From the sequence record DRR723986_4137: a stretch of 20,000 nucleotides of DNA; one strand, written 5' to 3'. The position numbers and the translations under genes were made by a program. This document shows positions 1 through 8,545 of this stretch, in pieces (within the stretch, counting starts at the first letter, position 1; the number at the start of each line of letters is the position of its first letter). Under the pieces are notes generated by a model. It worked only from the letters and a program-made list of their open reading frames with translations, ran no database searches and was not told the origin of the DNA.

Positions 1-1
1 C

Positions 2-640
2 TCGTGGGGCATGCAAAAGAAAACAATCGATTTCTTCCGAGATGAGCCGCTGATTGAGATGTCCGTTCGTGATGCTCCTGAGTCGTTGATGGGATGGAAG
101 CGGGTCAATTATATCCGTGAGAATCGCGCCCGGGACAACGACGACCTGGGGCAGCAGAGTGATCTTTGGTATTACCAAAACGCCAACGGACGGACGACCG
201 TTTCATTTGACCAGATGTTTCCAGGATGGCACGAGCTCACACGGTGCTACCGTTCGGCTGGTTGGAAGCTTGAGCGGCGGGGTGTACTCTCAAGTGACGT
301 CGCTGGCGAATGGCCAATCGTCGAGGCTTACTTTTCCCGCAGCGGTGAGTACGGTTACTTAATTTGGTCGCTGAAGACTCGCGATGGAAAACCGGTTCAG
401 CCGCCTGGCGAATGGAACCCTTGGACGTCACTCAAGGAACGATTGCAGAATCGCCTAACACCTGCAGTACGAGGAGCCCTATTCGGCTTAGCTGCGTACC
501 AGATTCAAATGTTTGTTAGCGATTCGACACCGATGGATGAACGTGGCCGAACTGAGTGCATTGAGCGATTCTTGTCGGTGCGGCCGGAATTGTGGGGGCA
601 CGCAGAACGACGACTCATTGAAATGGGGCTCGCAGAGTGA
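2..640 (+). CDS. Exosortase U-like protein, C-terminal periplasmic (EpsI-like) domain; 5'-truncated by the window edge
   Basis: The frame is open from base 2 (tcg tgg ggc atg...), so the true start probably lies upstream. It contains SFDQMFPGWHELTRCYRSAGW (core motif at about 221-265), matching the H-x4-CY-x3-GW motif of EpsI/XrtU C-terminal domains. It resembles the C-termini of the two exosortase-like ORFs downstream. Its stop overlaps the next start (GTGA, 637-640). Confidence 0.7.
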   Translation, partial: SWGMQKKTIDFFRDEPLIEMSVRDAPESLMGWKRVNYIRENRARDNDDLGQQSDLWYYQNANGRTTVSFDQMFPGWHELTRCYRSAGWKLERRGVLSSDVAGEWPIVEAYFSRSGEYGYLIWSLKTRDGKPVQPPGEWNPWTSLKERLQNRLTPAVRGALFGLAAYQIQMFVSDSTPMDERGRTECIERFLSVRPELWGHAERRLIEMGLAE

Positions 641-2187
641 GTACGCGGGAAACTGTTTGGGGAAGCCCACCGAATTGGCGAAGTGGGATCCCTGCAATTG
701 CTTTTGCTGGCATCGCGGGCCTCTTGAGCCTCTATGCTGTGTGGTCTGTGCCTAGAAAAGTGCCCGTTGTCTATGGCAGCGCACTCGAAGAACAGTTGCA
801 GGCATATGGGCAAGCGGATCGTTCTGATCGCGAGTCGATTGAGAAGATTGCGGGCACGATCAACGTTGCATTCAGTCGTCTTACTTCGACTACCGCGGAC
901 AACGAAGACTTGCTTTGGCGTTGGGCGGAGTTTAGTCGAGAACATGCTGACAATCTCCGCAGCATTGCATCCAGTGGTGAGGTTTCCGATGAATCATTGG
1001 AACAGCTAGAAGCAACGATTGCGCGGTACTCGTCCAGAGCCAGCGACAACCTGGAGTTCTTGGCCGCAGGTGAATCGAAATACAGCTCTGAAGCAGCGGT
1101 GATTGTTACTTACAGAAAGGTTTCGGACGTGCTAGCTGCCGGCCTTGTGCCGCCTCTCGGATACGCCGATGCATTAACGGAACATGGCGATACCGGCGGG
1201 GATACGTCTGGTCGAGCGTCGGCGATTGTAAGCTATGTATTGCTTGAAAATTTCCAGCCGGAGTCGACCTTAGACGTGTCTGGAGAACAGGCTCCTGCGG
1301 CTGAACAAGTTCGTGCACAATTAGATACTGCTTCCCAGGATCTACCACTCGCGGCGGCGGCAAATTTGGTGTTGAGTGCTTGGGAGAGTCAGGATGCTTC
1401 TGCAGCGAGCAACGATGATTCATCGGAGGAGTCCGAGCTCAGCAGCCAGAACTATTTGTCCGCCGACGCCGCCTGGGAAGAGGCCGTATCGAATGCACTG
1501 GTTTACATCCACGACGGCGACTGGAACTCGTTGTCATTCTTGCTATCACGGCTTGAGGAGCCCAACGTTGCGATTGTGCGACATGTCGCCGCTCGCTGGA
1601 TCTCCCGCTTGGCTGAGTCGAAGCTACCCGGGCGATCGGAGCAGTGGTTGGATCGTCTTCCGGACGGATTGCAATTGGCCGGTCAGATAGCCCCGGAGAG
1701 TCCACACTTCGCAACTCTGATGTGGCGAATTGGTACGACCGCATCTGAAGATGAATTTCCGGCAGCGGTTGACCAACTATTGTTAGAGACGGTCGTTGGT
1801 GGCAGATCTCCGGTGATTCAGCACGTAGCCTTGGCGATCAGCAATTGTGCTGATGGAAATCTGCCGACCGCCCGGTCGCACGTGCAGTTGGTCCAGCGCG
1901 CAACTTCCTCGGTGGATCTATTCGTTTCGATTGTGCTGGGGCAAATGCGTTCCGGAGCACAAGAACCAGAATTACGGGTGATGCTCAAACTTTGCGAAAT
2001 TCTAGTCGATGTTGAGCCTCGTCCCGGCATACCGCTCTACGCGCAAGCGATGGTCGCGTACGAACTGGGCGACCTTCAACTAGCTGCCGAATCGATGGCG
2101 GAGGCCAGTGAAGCGCTTCCGAAAAATGATAATTTGCTGCAGTTGGCTAAGCAATTTAGCAATGAACTTGAAGCCCGCGGCGAATAG
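637..2187 (+). CDS. Membrane-anchored helical/TPR-like repeat protein
   Basis: 516 aa ORF whose GTG start is coupled to the upstream stop. It has an N-terminal hydrophobic helix (GIPAIAFAGIAGLLSLYAVW), an Ala/Leu/Glu-rich helical body and a C-terminal TPR-like segment (PLYAQAMVAYELGDLQLAAESMAEASEALPKN). Confidence 0.7.
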   Translation: MSTRETVWGSPPNWRSGIPAIAFAGIAGLLSLYAVWSVPRKVPVVYGSALEEQLQAYGQADRSDRESIEKIAGTINVAFSRLTSTTADNEDLLWRWAEFSREHADNLRSIASSGEVSDESLEQLEATIARYSSRASDNLEFLAAGESKYSSEAAVIVTYRKVSDVLAAGLVPPLGYADALTEHGDTGGDTSGRASAIVSYVLLENFQPESTLDVSGEQAPAAEQVRAQLDTASQDLPLAAAANLVLSAWESQDASAASNDDSSEESELSSQNYLSADAAWEEAVSNALVYIHDGDWNSLSFLLSRLEEPNVAIVRHVAARWISRLAESKLPGRSEQWLDRLPDGLQLAGQIAPESPHFATLMWRIGTTASEDEFPAAVDQLLLETVVGGRSPVIQHVALAISNCADGNLPTARSHVQLVQRATSSVDLFVSIVLGQMRSGAQEPELRVMLKLCEILVDVEPRPGIPLYAQAMVAYELGDLQLAAESMAEASEALPKNDNLLQLAKQFSNELEARGE

Positions 2188-2381
2188 CGGCTGCTGCGAC
2201 GCGGAAATCAGAAGCGTTTTCGATACGGACGGCTATGCGGGTCGTATCAGTTAGGTCGCTTCACTTGTTCAGAATCAATGTTTCACTACTCTGAAGCGAT
2301 ACCCAGCGTGATACTCTAAATTAGGCTGGTCATTCCCGGCGAAGGCTTTCGTATTCTAAGGCGTCATTGCAGTAAGACTAA

Positions 2382-4073
2382 ATGAACGACACCGTCAAAA
2401 ATGAGCACTCCGAGGCCAGTGCTGGCGACACTTTGCCTAAATCTGCGAAGCTTCTCGCAGATATTGGCTTAGGCGTTCTGTGGCTCGCCTCACTGCCATT
2501 GCTATATCTATTTCTCGCAGATATCTGGGGGCGAACCGATGTTTCGCTCTTAGTCTTTTTGCCATTGGTCAGCATGCCGTTCATAGTGCCGTTGTGCAAG
2601 CTAGGCGGCGCGGTTTCCTTCCAACGGACCTGTTGGGCGACTGGTGGGCTGTTGCTGGCAGGAGTTCTGGCGTTAGTTGGTGCCTTTATTCTGTCACCGT
2701 GGGTTGCGCTTCTGGCTGTTGTTATTGGGAGCGCAAGTTGGGCTTTGTTGCGGATGGCATCTTTCGCATGGCATCGCCCATGCCGAGCGCTCGTTCCGCT
2801 TGCGGTTTTGCTGGTCCTGCCGATTGCAGATGCAGCCGATTGGACGGAAACTCTTGAGGTTCAGGTTGCAGGTGCTTCGGGTACTCTGTTGGATCTTCTT
2901 AGCGTGCCGCACTTGGTCGATTACAGCGAAATTCGCCTGAGATTTGATGCTCCGCTTGATTCATCTCTTGCTTGTCGAAATATCGCCAGCCCCTACGTGT
3001 TATTCTGCGTATCGGCGCTTCTGCTGATGGTCGCTTCTAGGAGTCTTTCTAGCGCACTGCTTGCTCTTGCTACCGTGCCGCTTTGGAGCTGGCTGTTGTC
3101 GACGATGCATTTGACAGCCGCTGCTTGGCTTTGGGAGCAAAAAGACACGGTCATTTTCGCTGGACCAACTCGGAACTTGATTTCTCAGTTCTGCTTTCTG
3201 ATCCTTGGGCTTGGATGTGTCTTCTTAACCCGCGTTGTGATATCGAATCTCTTAGCACCACTCGCGAACATTTCATCGGACGCAAGTTGGACGCACGCCC
3301 TTTTCAATCGTTTGGCGATGTGGCCCAACCTTGACGCGGAAATGCTCGAGGAAGTTCGTACCAAAGACCGAGAAGACGACAGACAATCACGCGTCTTCGA
3401 TTCTCGGTTTTATCTTGCCATCACCGCTGTGTGTATTCTTGCGTTTGCCGCGTCGGGGATCATCGGAATACAACGAGCGTCAGCGTCTGAGGCTAGGTTT
3501 TCGAGATTGGGATTGGTCGAGCGTCAGGACAGTCTGCCATCGCTCAAAGTTCCGGAACAAATAGGTGAACTACGCCGAATCGGTAGCATGACCGCTAGAG
3601 CAAGCGAGAGCGAGTTTGCGGATCAACTGGTCGTAGGATGGACTTATGCGAATTCTCGGCGACGCGTGCTGATTGAACTGCGCACGCCACAACGGGGGGC
3701 GGTGAATCTGGAGAAGCGATACCTGAACCAGGTGCGGCGCGAGAGTGAGCCGCGGAGCACTATTTTACAGTATCGTGATTCATTGGGAGCATTTCTGGTC
3801 AGTGATGTAATGCTGCTTGATGAACTGTATGGACGATCCTACCTTTGCTACGTGAATTTGACCGCCAGCGGGGAGGCCCCTGTTCAGACGATTGCGTTTG
3901 GGCAGCGGCTTAGTCTTCGCAGTCTGAAGCATTCCCTGACACTTCAGCCAACTGCTTATACGTTGTCCTTTTTCGTCGAGGGAACCGAGCGGCTGAGTGA
4001 AGAAGAACGCGTGGAGTACCACGAGATTTTGCTACAATTTGCGGAATCGCTTGCAACGCAGTTGCAGCAGTAA
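2382..4073 (+). CDS. Exosortase/archaeosortase family (XrtU-like) multi-pass membrane protein with C-terminal periplasmic domain; atypical triad
   Basis: 563 aa with about 9 hydrophobic helices. It has the exosortase-like loop ASGTLLDLLSVPHL followed by LACRNIAS (Cys198, 2973-2975) and LLALATVPLWSW, then a soluble EpsI-like C-terminus. It aligns without gaps to the 5668..7302 paralog over the core. Confidence 0.72.
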   Translation: MNDTVKNEHSEASAGDTLPKSAKLLADIGLGVLWLASLPLLYLFLADIWGRTDVSLLVFLPLVSMPFIVPLCKLGGAVSFQRTCWATGGLLLAGVLALVGAFILSPWVALLAVVIGSASWALLRMASFAWHRPCRALVPLAVLLVLPIADAADWTETLEVQVAGASGTLLDLLSVPHLVDYSEIRLRFDAPLDSSLACRNIASPYVLFCVSALLLMVASRSLSSALLALATVPLWSWLLSTMHLTAAAWLWEQKDTVIFAGPTRNLISQFCFLILGLGCVFLTRVVISNLLAPLANISSDASWTHALFNRLAMWPNLDAEMLEEVRTKDREDDRQSRVFDSRFYLAITAVCILAFAASGIIGIQRASASEARFSRLGLVERQDSLPSLKVPEQIGELRRIGSMTARASESEFADQLVVGWTYANSRRRVLIELRTPQRGAVNLEKRYLNQVRRESEPRSTILQYRDSLGAFLVSDVMLLDELYGRSYLCYVNLTASGEAPVQTIAFGQRLSLRSLKHSLTLQPTAYTLSFFVEGTERLSEEERVEYHEILLQFAESLATQLQQ

Positions 4074-4159
4074 ACCCCATGAACGGGCTACGTCACAAGT
4101 TGAATGAGACAGGTTCCGTCTAGGAACTGAACCTTAATTCTTTAAATGAAAAGAACATT

Positions 4160-5662
4160 ATGTTTCGCGAAGAGTTAATCGAATTCATTCTCGCGTTCGT
4201 GAAGAGCCGAAGTTGGTGGAGACTGATTCTACAAGGAGGCTTGTTGGTTATCCTACCTTTGGTCGCGGGTGGCTTCGTGCTCTACGGAGCTTCGATACCG
4301 GTCAACAGGATCGGTGAGCGTTACATGACGGAGGTTAGTAACGAAGTTGACCAGCGGTTCGCCGCGCTTGAGTCTGGCAAAGAAGGCTCGGTTGACGAAA
4401 TGGATTCGAAACTCCGCATTTCCCTGGAGCGTATTTTACAACTAGGTGAATCTAACGAGCGTGTTTCCTACATGGTGGCAATGCAGTTGGCTTTGCAGGG
4501 ACGCGTGGAGACAGCCGCGAAAAAGATGCGAGATATCGCTCCTGCAAACGGGGCTGGTTTCGCCCCTGCCCATGCATGGTTATCAAGCTACGAGGCCGAG
4601 CGGTTTGACAACACGAAGGAAATGGCGGAAGTAGTGCTGAATGATCTGACGATTGCTAACAACGCCCTGTCGACCATGCCCGAAAATCTAACCAACCTAC
4701 AAGCCAGATTGTTGGTATCCCTTGGACGCCGAACAGAAGCGTTGGACATCTTGAGTTTTCGGGCTGAACAAAAGCCTCAACTGTATTCGAGCTTGGCTGA
4801 TCTAGCGGTTCAAATGAAAGATCGGGCGACGCTGCGGGAGGCGGTGCAGAAGACTCGCGAGTTTTTGAAGGTCCGCTACGCTGATCGGGAGCTTGACGAG
4901 GCTTTCTATATTCAGAACTCAAAGCTAGAGGATTATGAAAACGACCTTGATGGCGTGTTGATGTATACGAAGCAGGGATTGCAAAAATTTCCTGAATCAG
5001 GCTTGTTGCGACGCTATCTTTCCAATGCTTTGCTTGTGAAATTCAATCGAGTTCAGAGCAACTTAGACGACGGTGAGCCAGGGCGAGATTACCTTCAAGA
5101 GGCTTACGACTCAGATCCAGCGAACCCTGCAATTATGGTGCAGATTGCGAAAGCGATCGCTCAAGGAGAAGATACTGGCGACGAATTGCGGGAGGCTCTT
5201 GAGCAACGGCTGGAGGATGGCACTGCATCAGGTGTAACGTATCTGATCCTAGGCAACAGCAGCCTAGGAAACGGCGATATGGTTCAGGGGATCGACTACT
5301 TAGAAAACGCGTTGGAAGCGTTTCCGGATGCACCGCTTGTTCTGAACAACTTAGCTTACGCCATGCTACAGCTTGACCCGCCCAAAATTGATGAGTCACT
5401 GAAGGCGGTGGAAAAGGCCCTTGCTTTCAAGGAGATTCCGCCCGCCTTTAAAGCGTCAATCAAGGATACTCAAGGCGAAGCGCTTGCCCTGAAGGGCGAT
5501 GCATTGGGGGCGATTGAATGCTATGAAGCAGCGATTGGGATCGACCCCGGCAAAATTTCGTCTCGCGAAAAGCTTGTCCCGCTCTACAAGGCCATCGGTA
5601 TGGAAAAGATGGCAACCGTTCAGCAAGAACGAATCAATGAACTCAAACAGCAGCAACCGTAG
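4160..5662 (+). CDS. Membrane-anchored tetratricopeptide repeat protein
   Basis: 500 aa with an N-terminal TM helix (LILQGGLLVILPLVAGGFVLYGA). It has clear TPR motifs, e.g. TYLILGNSSLGNGDMVQGIDYLENALEAFPDAPLVLNNLAYAM and DTQGEALALKGDALGAIECYEAAIGIDPG. Confidence 0.85.
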   Translation: MFREELIEFILAFVKSRSWWRLILQGGLLVILPLVAGGFVLYGASIPVNRIGERYMTEVSNEVDQRFAALESGKEGSVDEMDSKLRISLERILQLGESNERVSYMVAMQLALQGRVETAAKKMRDIAPANGAGFAPAHAWLSSYEAERFDNTKEMAEVVLNDLTIANNALSTMPENLTNLQARLLVSLGRRTEALDILSFRAEQKPQLYSSLADLAVQMKDRATLREAVQKTREFLKVRYADRELDEAFYIQNSKLEDYENDLDGVLMYTKQGLQKFPESGLLRRYLSNALLVKFNRVQSNLDDGEPGRDYLQEAYDSDPANPAIMVQIAKAIAQGEDTGDELREALEQRLEDGTASGVTYLILGNSSLGNGDMVQGIDYLENALEAFPDAPLVLNNLAYAMLQLDPPKIDESLKAVEKALAFKEIPPAFKASIKDTQGEALALKGDALGAIECYEAAIGIDPGKISSREKLVPLYKAIGMEKMATVQQERINELKQQQP

Positions 5663-5667
5663 CTGCT

Positions 5668-7302
5668 TTATTCTGTAAGCAGCCCGCTACGGATCTCAGT
5701 GAACTGGTTTCGGTATTCTGCCAGTTCACTGCTGGTTAGTTGGGCAGATGGTTCGGCGATCAGTTGAAGGCAGTGCGTTACGGCGGTGACGCTCGTGTTG
5801 CCTTCTAAGCTGGAACGATCAAACTCAAGACGTTCTGGAGCCCCATTGAATGCGACGCCAGCGTCTGTTGAAAGGCTGTAGATTACATATCGCCAGTCGC
5901 CTAGCTCGTTGGCAAGCTCGCACTCTACCGTGACCCAACCTTCGGTCGTGTAGCCCTTCTCTTTCTCGACACTCCAGCCGCGCTGTTTCCACTGGGTTGT
6001 CGGATCGTTCCAGCCGAGATACGGCAGAGAAAGTAACACTGCGAACTGCTTTTGACGATTTGCATACCGGCGCAGAATGGAATACTGACCGCGGCTGCTA
6101 ATGATTTGCGGCTTCGCTTCTTCCAGGACCAACTGCCAGCCTGATGAAGTTTGTTTCGGAAGGTTAAGTGAGTCTGCAATCTGTGCCGCGTCTTGCTCAG
6201 TATAGGAAGGCAGGCTGAACCGGAGATCAGACGAGCCCCCACCTAGCAATTTGCTGGCGGGAAGAATCATCAACAAGACCGCTGCAATGCCGAGGATCTT
6301 GGGTAGGAGGCTGGAAAGCAGTGCGCTCTCTGTTGCTGCTGTATGGTCCGCCTCCTCCTGAGCTGCGACCGCTTCTGGCTCGTCAACTGCACCAGGCCAT
6401 GCGAAAAAGCGATTGAGGTTCGTGAAGAATCCGCCAAACTTCGAGTCAGCGGTTGGGATCGGTGCAAACAGATTGCCAAGGAATCGTATTGATAAAGCGA
6501 TCAATGCCGCCAATAAGAGGAAGGTTCCCACATGGAGCAGCAGGTAGTCTTTGCCATTGCTAAGGTCGCGACCATACCAGAGGGGCGCGAGGATAATTGC
6601 GGTCATTCGAAGCAGATTACCTACCCAAGCCCACATTGGAACAAGTGCGAGGGCCAATAGTGAAACGAGCAATCCACTTCGCCGAAACGCGCAGATACCG
6701 AGTGTTAGGGACGCCAATCCAAAGATGCTTCCCCAAGTTGCCGCCACACTGCTACTAACAACAAGCGTGTTTTCCACCTCGATGGACGCACCATGTTGGA
6801 TCAGGGTTACCTGAAGAGCGTCTAGGATACTGGCTGTACCAGATGCGGCTGTGGCGTAGACCCAATTGAGCACCGTTTGATCTAGATCGCGAGGCAGTGG
6901 AATCGTTGACGCCAAGAAAGCGGTCCAGCCAACCGTGGTTCCCCAATGAAGCGTTCGGAAGCGGCCGGTCGCCCAACCTCCGATGAACAGGACAAACGCA
7001 ACTTGCCCTAGCCACGCAGAGTCCCGTAAGGCTCCGGCGGCCAGCGCGGCTGTGCCCGCAAGTAGAAGCGCAGCGGCGACCAAGAAGCGTTTTTCGGAGT
7101 GCTTTCCTGCCGGCCGTCTGGCACCTACAAACAGCAATGCGATGAAAGCGACGAATGTTACGGGCACGAAAGCCATGTGAGGCTTTGTTCCCAGGACGGC
7201 AATCTGCTGAATAAGAAGCGGTAAACATGCTACCGCCGGTAAAATTCCTGCAAACAGATCCCACTGCGTAAAGCCGCGGCTGGTTGTTTTGGGCGTATTC
7301 AT
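5668..7302 (-). CDS. Exosortase/archaeosortase family (XrtU-like) membrane protein lacking the catalytic Cys
   Basis: 544 aa, multi-TM. It has a typical N-terminal KPHMAFVP (cf. PHYQFFP), TIPLP, ASILDALQV, WAWVGNLLRM (Arg232, 6607-6609), GRDLSNG and a degenerate EpsI-like C-terminus (PYLGWNDPTTQWKQRGW). Confidence 0.75.
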   Translation of the reverse strand: MNTPKTTSRGFTQWDLFAGILPAVACLPLLIQQIAVLGTKPHMAFVPVTFVAFIALLFVGARRPAGKHSEKRFLVAAALLLAGTAALAAGALRDSAWLGQVAFVLFIGGWATGRFRTLHWGTTVGWTAFLASTIPLPRDLDQTVLNWVYATAASGTASILDALQVTLIQHGASIEVENTLVVSSSVAATWGSIFGLASLTLGICAFRRSGLLVSLLALALVPMWAWVGNLLRMTAIILAPLWYGRDLSNGKDYLLLHVGTFLLLAALIALSIRFLGNLFAPIPTADSKFGGFFTNLNRFFAWPGAVDEPEAVAAQEEADHTAATESALLSSLLPKILGIAAVLLMILPASKLLGGGSSDLRFSLPSYTEQDAAQIADSLNLPKQTSSGWQLVLEEAKPQIISSRGQYSILRRYANRQKQFAVLLSLPYLGWNDPTTQWKQRGWSVEKEKGYTTEGWVTVECELANELGDWRYVIYSLSTDAGVAFNGAPERLEFDRSSLEGNTSVTAVTHCLQLIAEPSAQLTSSELAEYRNQFTEIRSGLLTE

Positions 7303-7502
7303 GGAGTTTCGCGAAACGTGGTTCGGTGAATTTGTTCAGTGCGAAAGTGTTGATCGCACATTCTACAAATGCAAGGACGATTCGGGCACTACTACACGAA
7401 TGAGTTGAGGCAATTGGTCTCAAAACAACCACTTGCGAGTAAATCAGAGAATCCGAAGGAGCAGCCAGCGTCGGTTTGTCAGATTCTTCGCCAGACTGCA
7501 TA

Positions 7503-7530
7503 TAGACGCGTTTGATTTAGCGACGGTTCA
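7503..7530 (-). promoter_or_regulatory. Putative ECF sigma-dependent promoter (TGAAC-N17-CGTCTA) upstream of the 5668..7302 gene
   Basis: The minus strand reads tGAAC-cgtcgctaaatcaaacg-CGTCTA, an exact 17-nt spacer that fits the generic ECF AAC-N16/17-CGT consensus. It lies about 200 nt upstream of ATG 7302 and overlaps the anti-sigma stop codon. Confidence 0.45.
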
Positions 7531-8545
7531 CAGGCGGGAAATGACTTGGTGCGAGCGAAGCGTCGCTAGGAGTGACACCAAATTCGTGGCTACCGGCCTG
7601 ATTGCGGAATGGATAGTCGAGGCCAGACTCGCCAGCTAGGTCTTGCCAATGCACGCCGCTTTCAAAATCGAATGCATCAAGGTCGATAAAAGCGATACGA
7701 CCGTCACGATACAGAACATTGAAACCGCGCCCTTCGTGAGCAACAAACTGTTCCTCAACGCTTCGCAGTACAATTGGGGCGTCGGCAAGAACGGGCATGT
7801 GAGCGCCGCCAATCAGTCTTGGAGCAACTACTCGACCCGATTCGTTGATCCCCAGTGAGTAGGCGTAATTGCCTGCTGCCACTCGACGGAAATACTGCAA
7901 CGATTCGTCTGACAAGTCAGAAACATTAGCAGCTCTCAGGCTGCCGAACGGATTTCTTGACTGGTCATCGTCGATTCCAATTCGGCTACTACACTGCAAA
8001 TTAGCGGTTCGAAGCGGCATACCTGCATCAGCAAGTTGCACGGTAAAGTAGCCCGCAAATGCGCCAGTTCCGGAAGTTGGAATCTGTGGGAATCGCCCCT
8101 CGGGGTTCACCGTTGCGTAATTAATCAGTGATTGACCTGTCGTCCGAAGGTTATTCGCACATTGCAGCTTGCGAGCTGAGTAGCGAGCGCGGACGACGGC
8201 AGGCAAAATCAAGCAGCAAAGGGCCGCGAGGCTGAGACTTAGCGCTGGCGAATCCCAGAACGACCCCCGTGATCGAGAGTTGCTTGCAGGTGATAGGTGA
8301 ACTGGCGGTTCCGCTGGATGCGGCGCCACCGCATCGTCTATCCGTGCCAGGGTCGAATCGACCAGGTCCGCAGGAGCTTCAAATACCGGGTGGGGACCTT
8401 CCAGGGCACCGAGCATTTCACGCAGATGCTCGATACGTTCGCGAATGGACGAGTCGCCCTGGGCTGCGGATTCGATTCGCTCGGACAACTCGGCCGTTGA
8501 GTCACCGAGGACGTAGAGAACAAGTTCTTCTTCGGAAAACTGCAT
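7517..8545 (-). CDS. Putative anti-sigma factor fused to a DUF1559-like / H-X9-DG-type domain
   Basis: The N-terminus EEELVLYVLGDSTAELSERIESAAQGDSSIRERIEHLRE resembles an anti-sigma domain without Zn ligands. It is followed by a TM helix and LILPAVVRARYSARKLQCANNLRTTG (8135-8212; DUF1559 consensus LLPAVQxAREAARRxQCxNNLKQIG), LQCSS and HEGRGFNVLYRDG (7700-7738). The gene lies directly downstream of an ECF sigma gene. Confidence 0.75.
   Translation of the reverse strand: MQFSEEELVLYVLGDSTAELSERIESAAQGDSSIRERIEHLREMLGALEGPHPVFEAPADLVDSTLARIDDAVAPHPAEPPVHLSPASNSRSRGSFWDSPALSLSLAALCCLILPAVVRARYSARKLQCANNLRTTGQSLINYATVNPEGRFPQIPTSGTGAFAGYFTVQLADAGMPLRTANLQCSSRIGIDDDQSRNPFGSLRAANVSDLSDESLQYFRRVAAGNYAYSLGINESGRVVAPRLIGGAHMPVLADAPIVLRSVEEQFVAHEGRGFNVLYRDGRIAFIDLDAFDFESGVHWQDLAGESGLDYPFRNQAGSHEFGVTPSDASLAPSHFPPVNRR

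Noticed and set aside
4091-4127. GTCACA...CGTC as an ECF41-like promoter, and the GTTCC-gtcta-GGAAC hairpin as a terminator
   Set aside because: The spacer is 19 nt, longer than the expected 16-17. The hairpin stem is only 5 bp and has no U tract.
6755-7501. 248-aa minus-strand ORF
   Set aside because: It is an out-of-frame overlap with the exosortase-like gene and has the Arg/Cys/Ser-rich composition typical of shadow ORFs.
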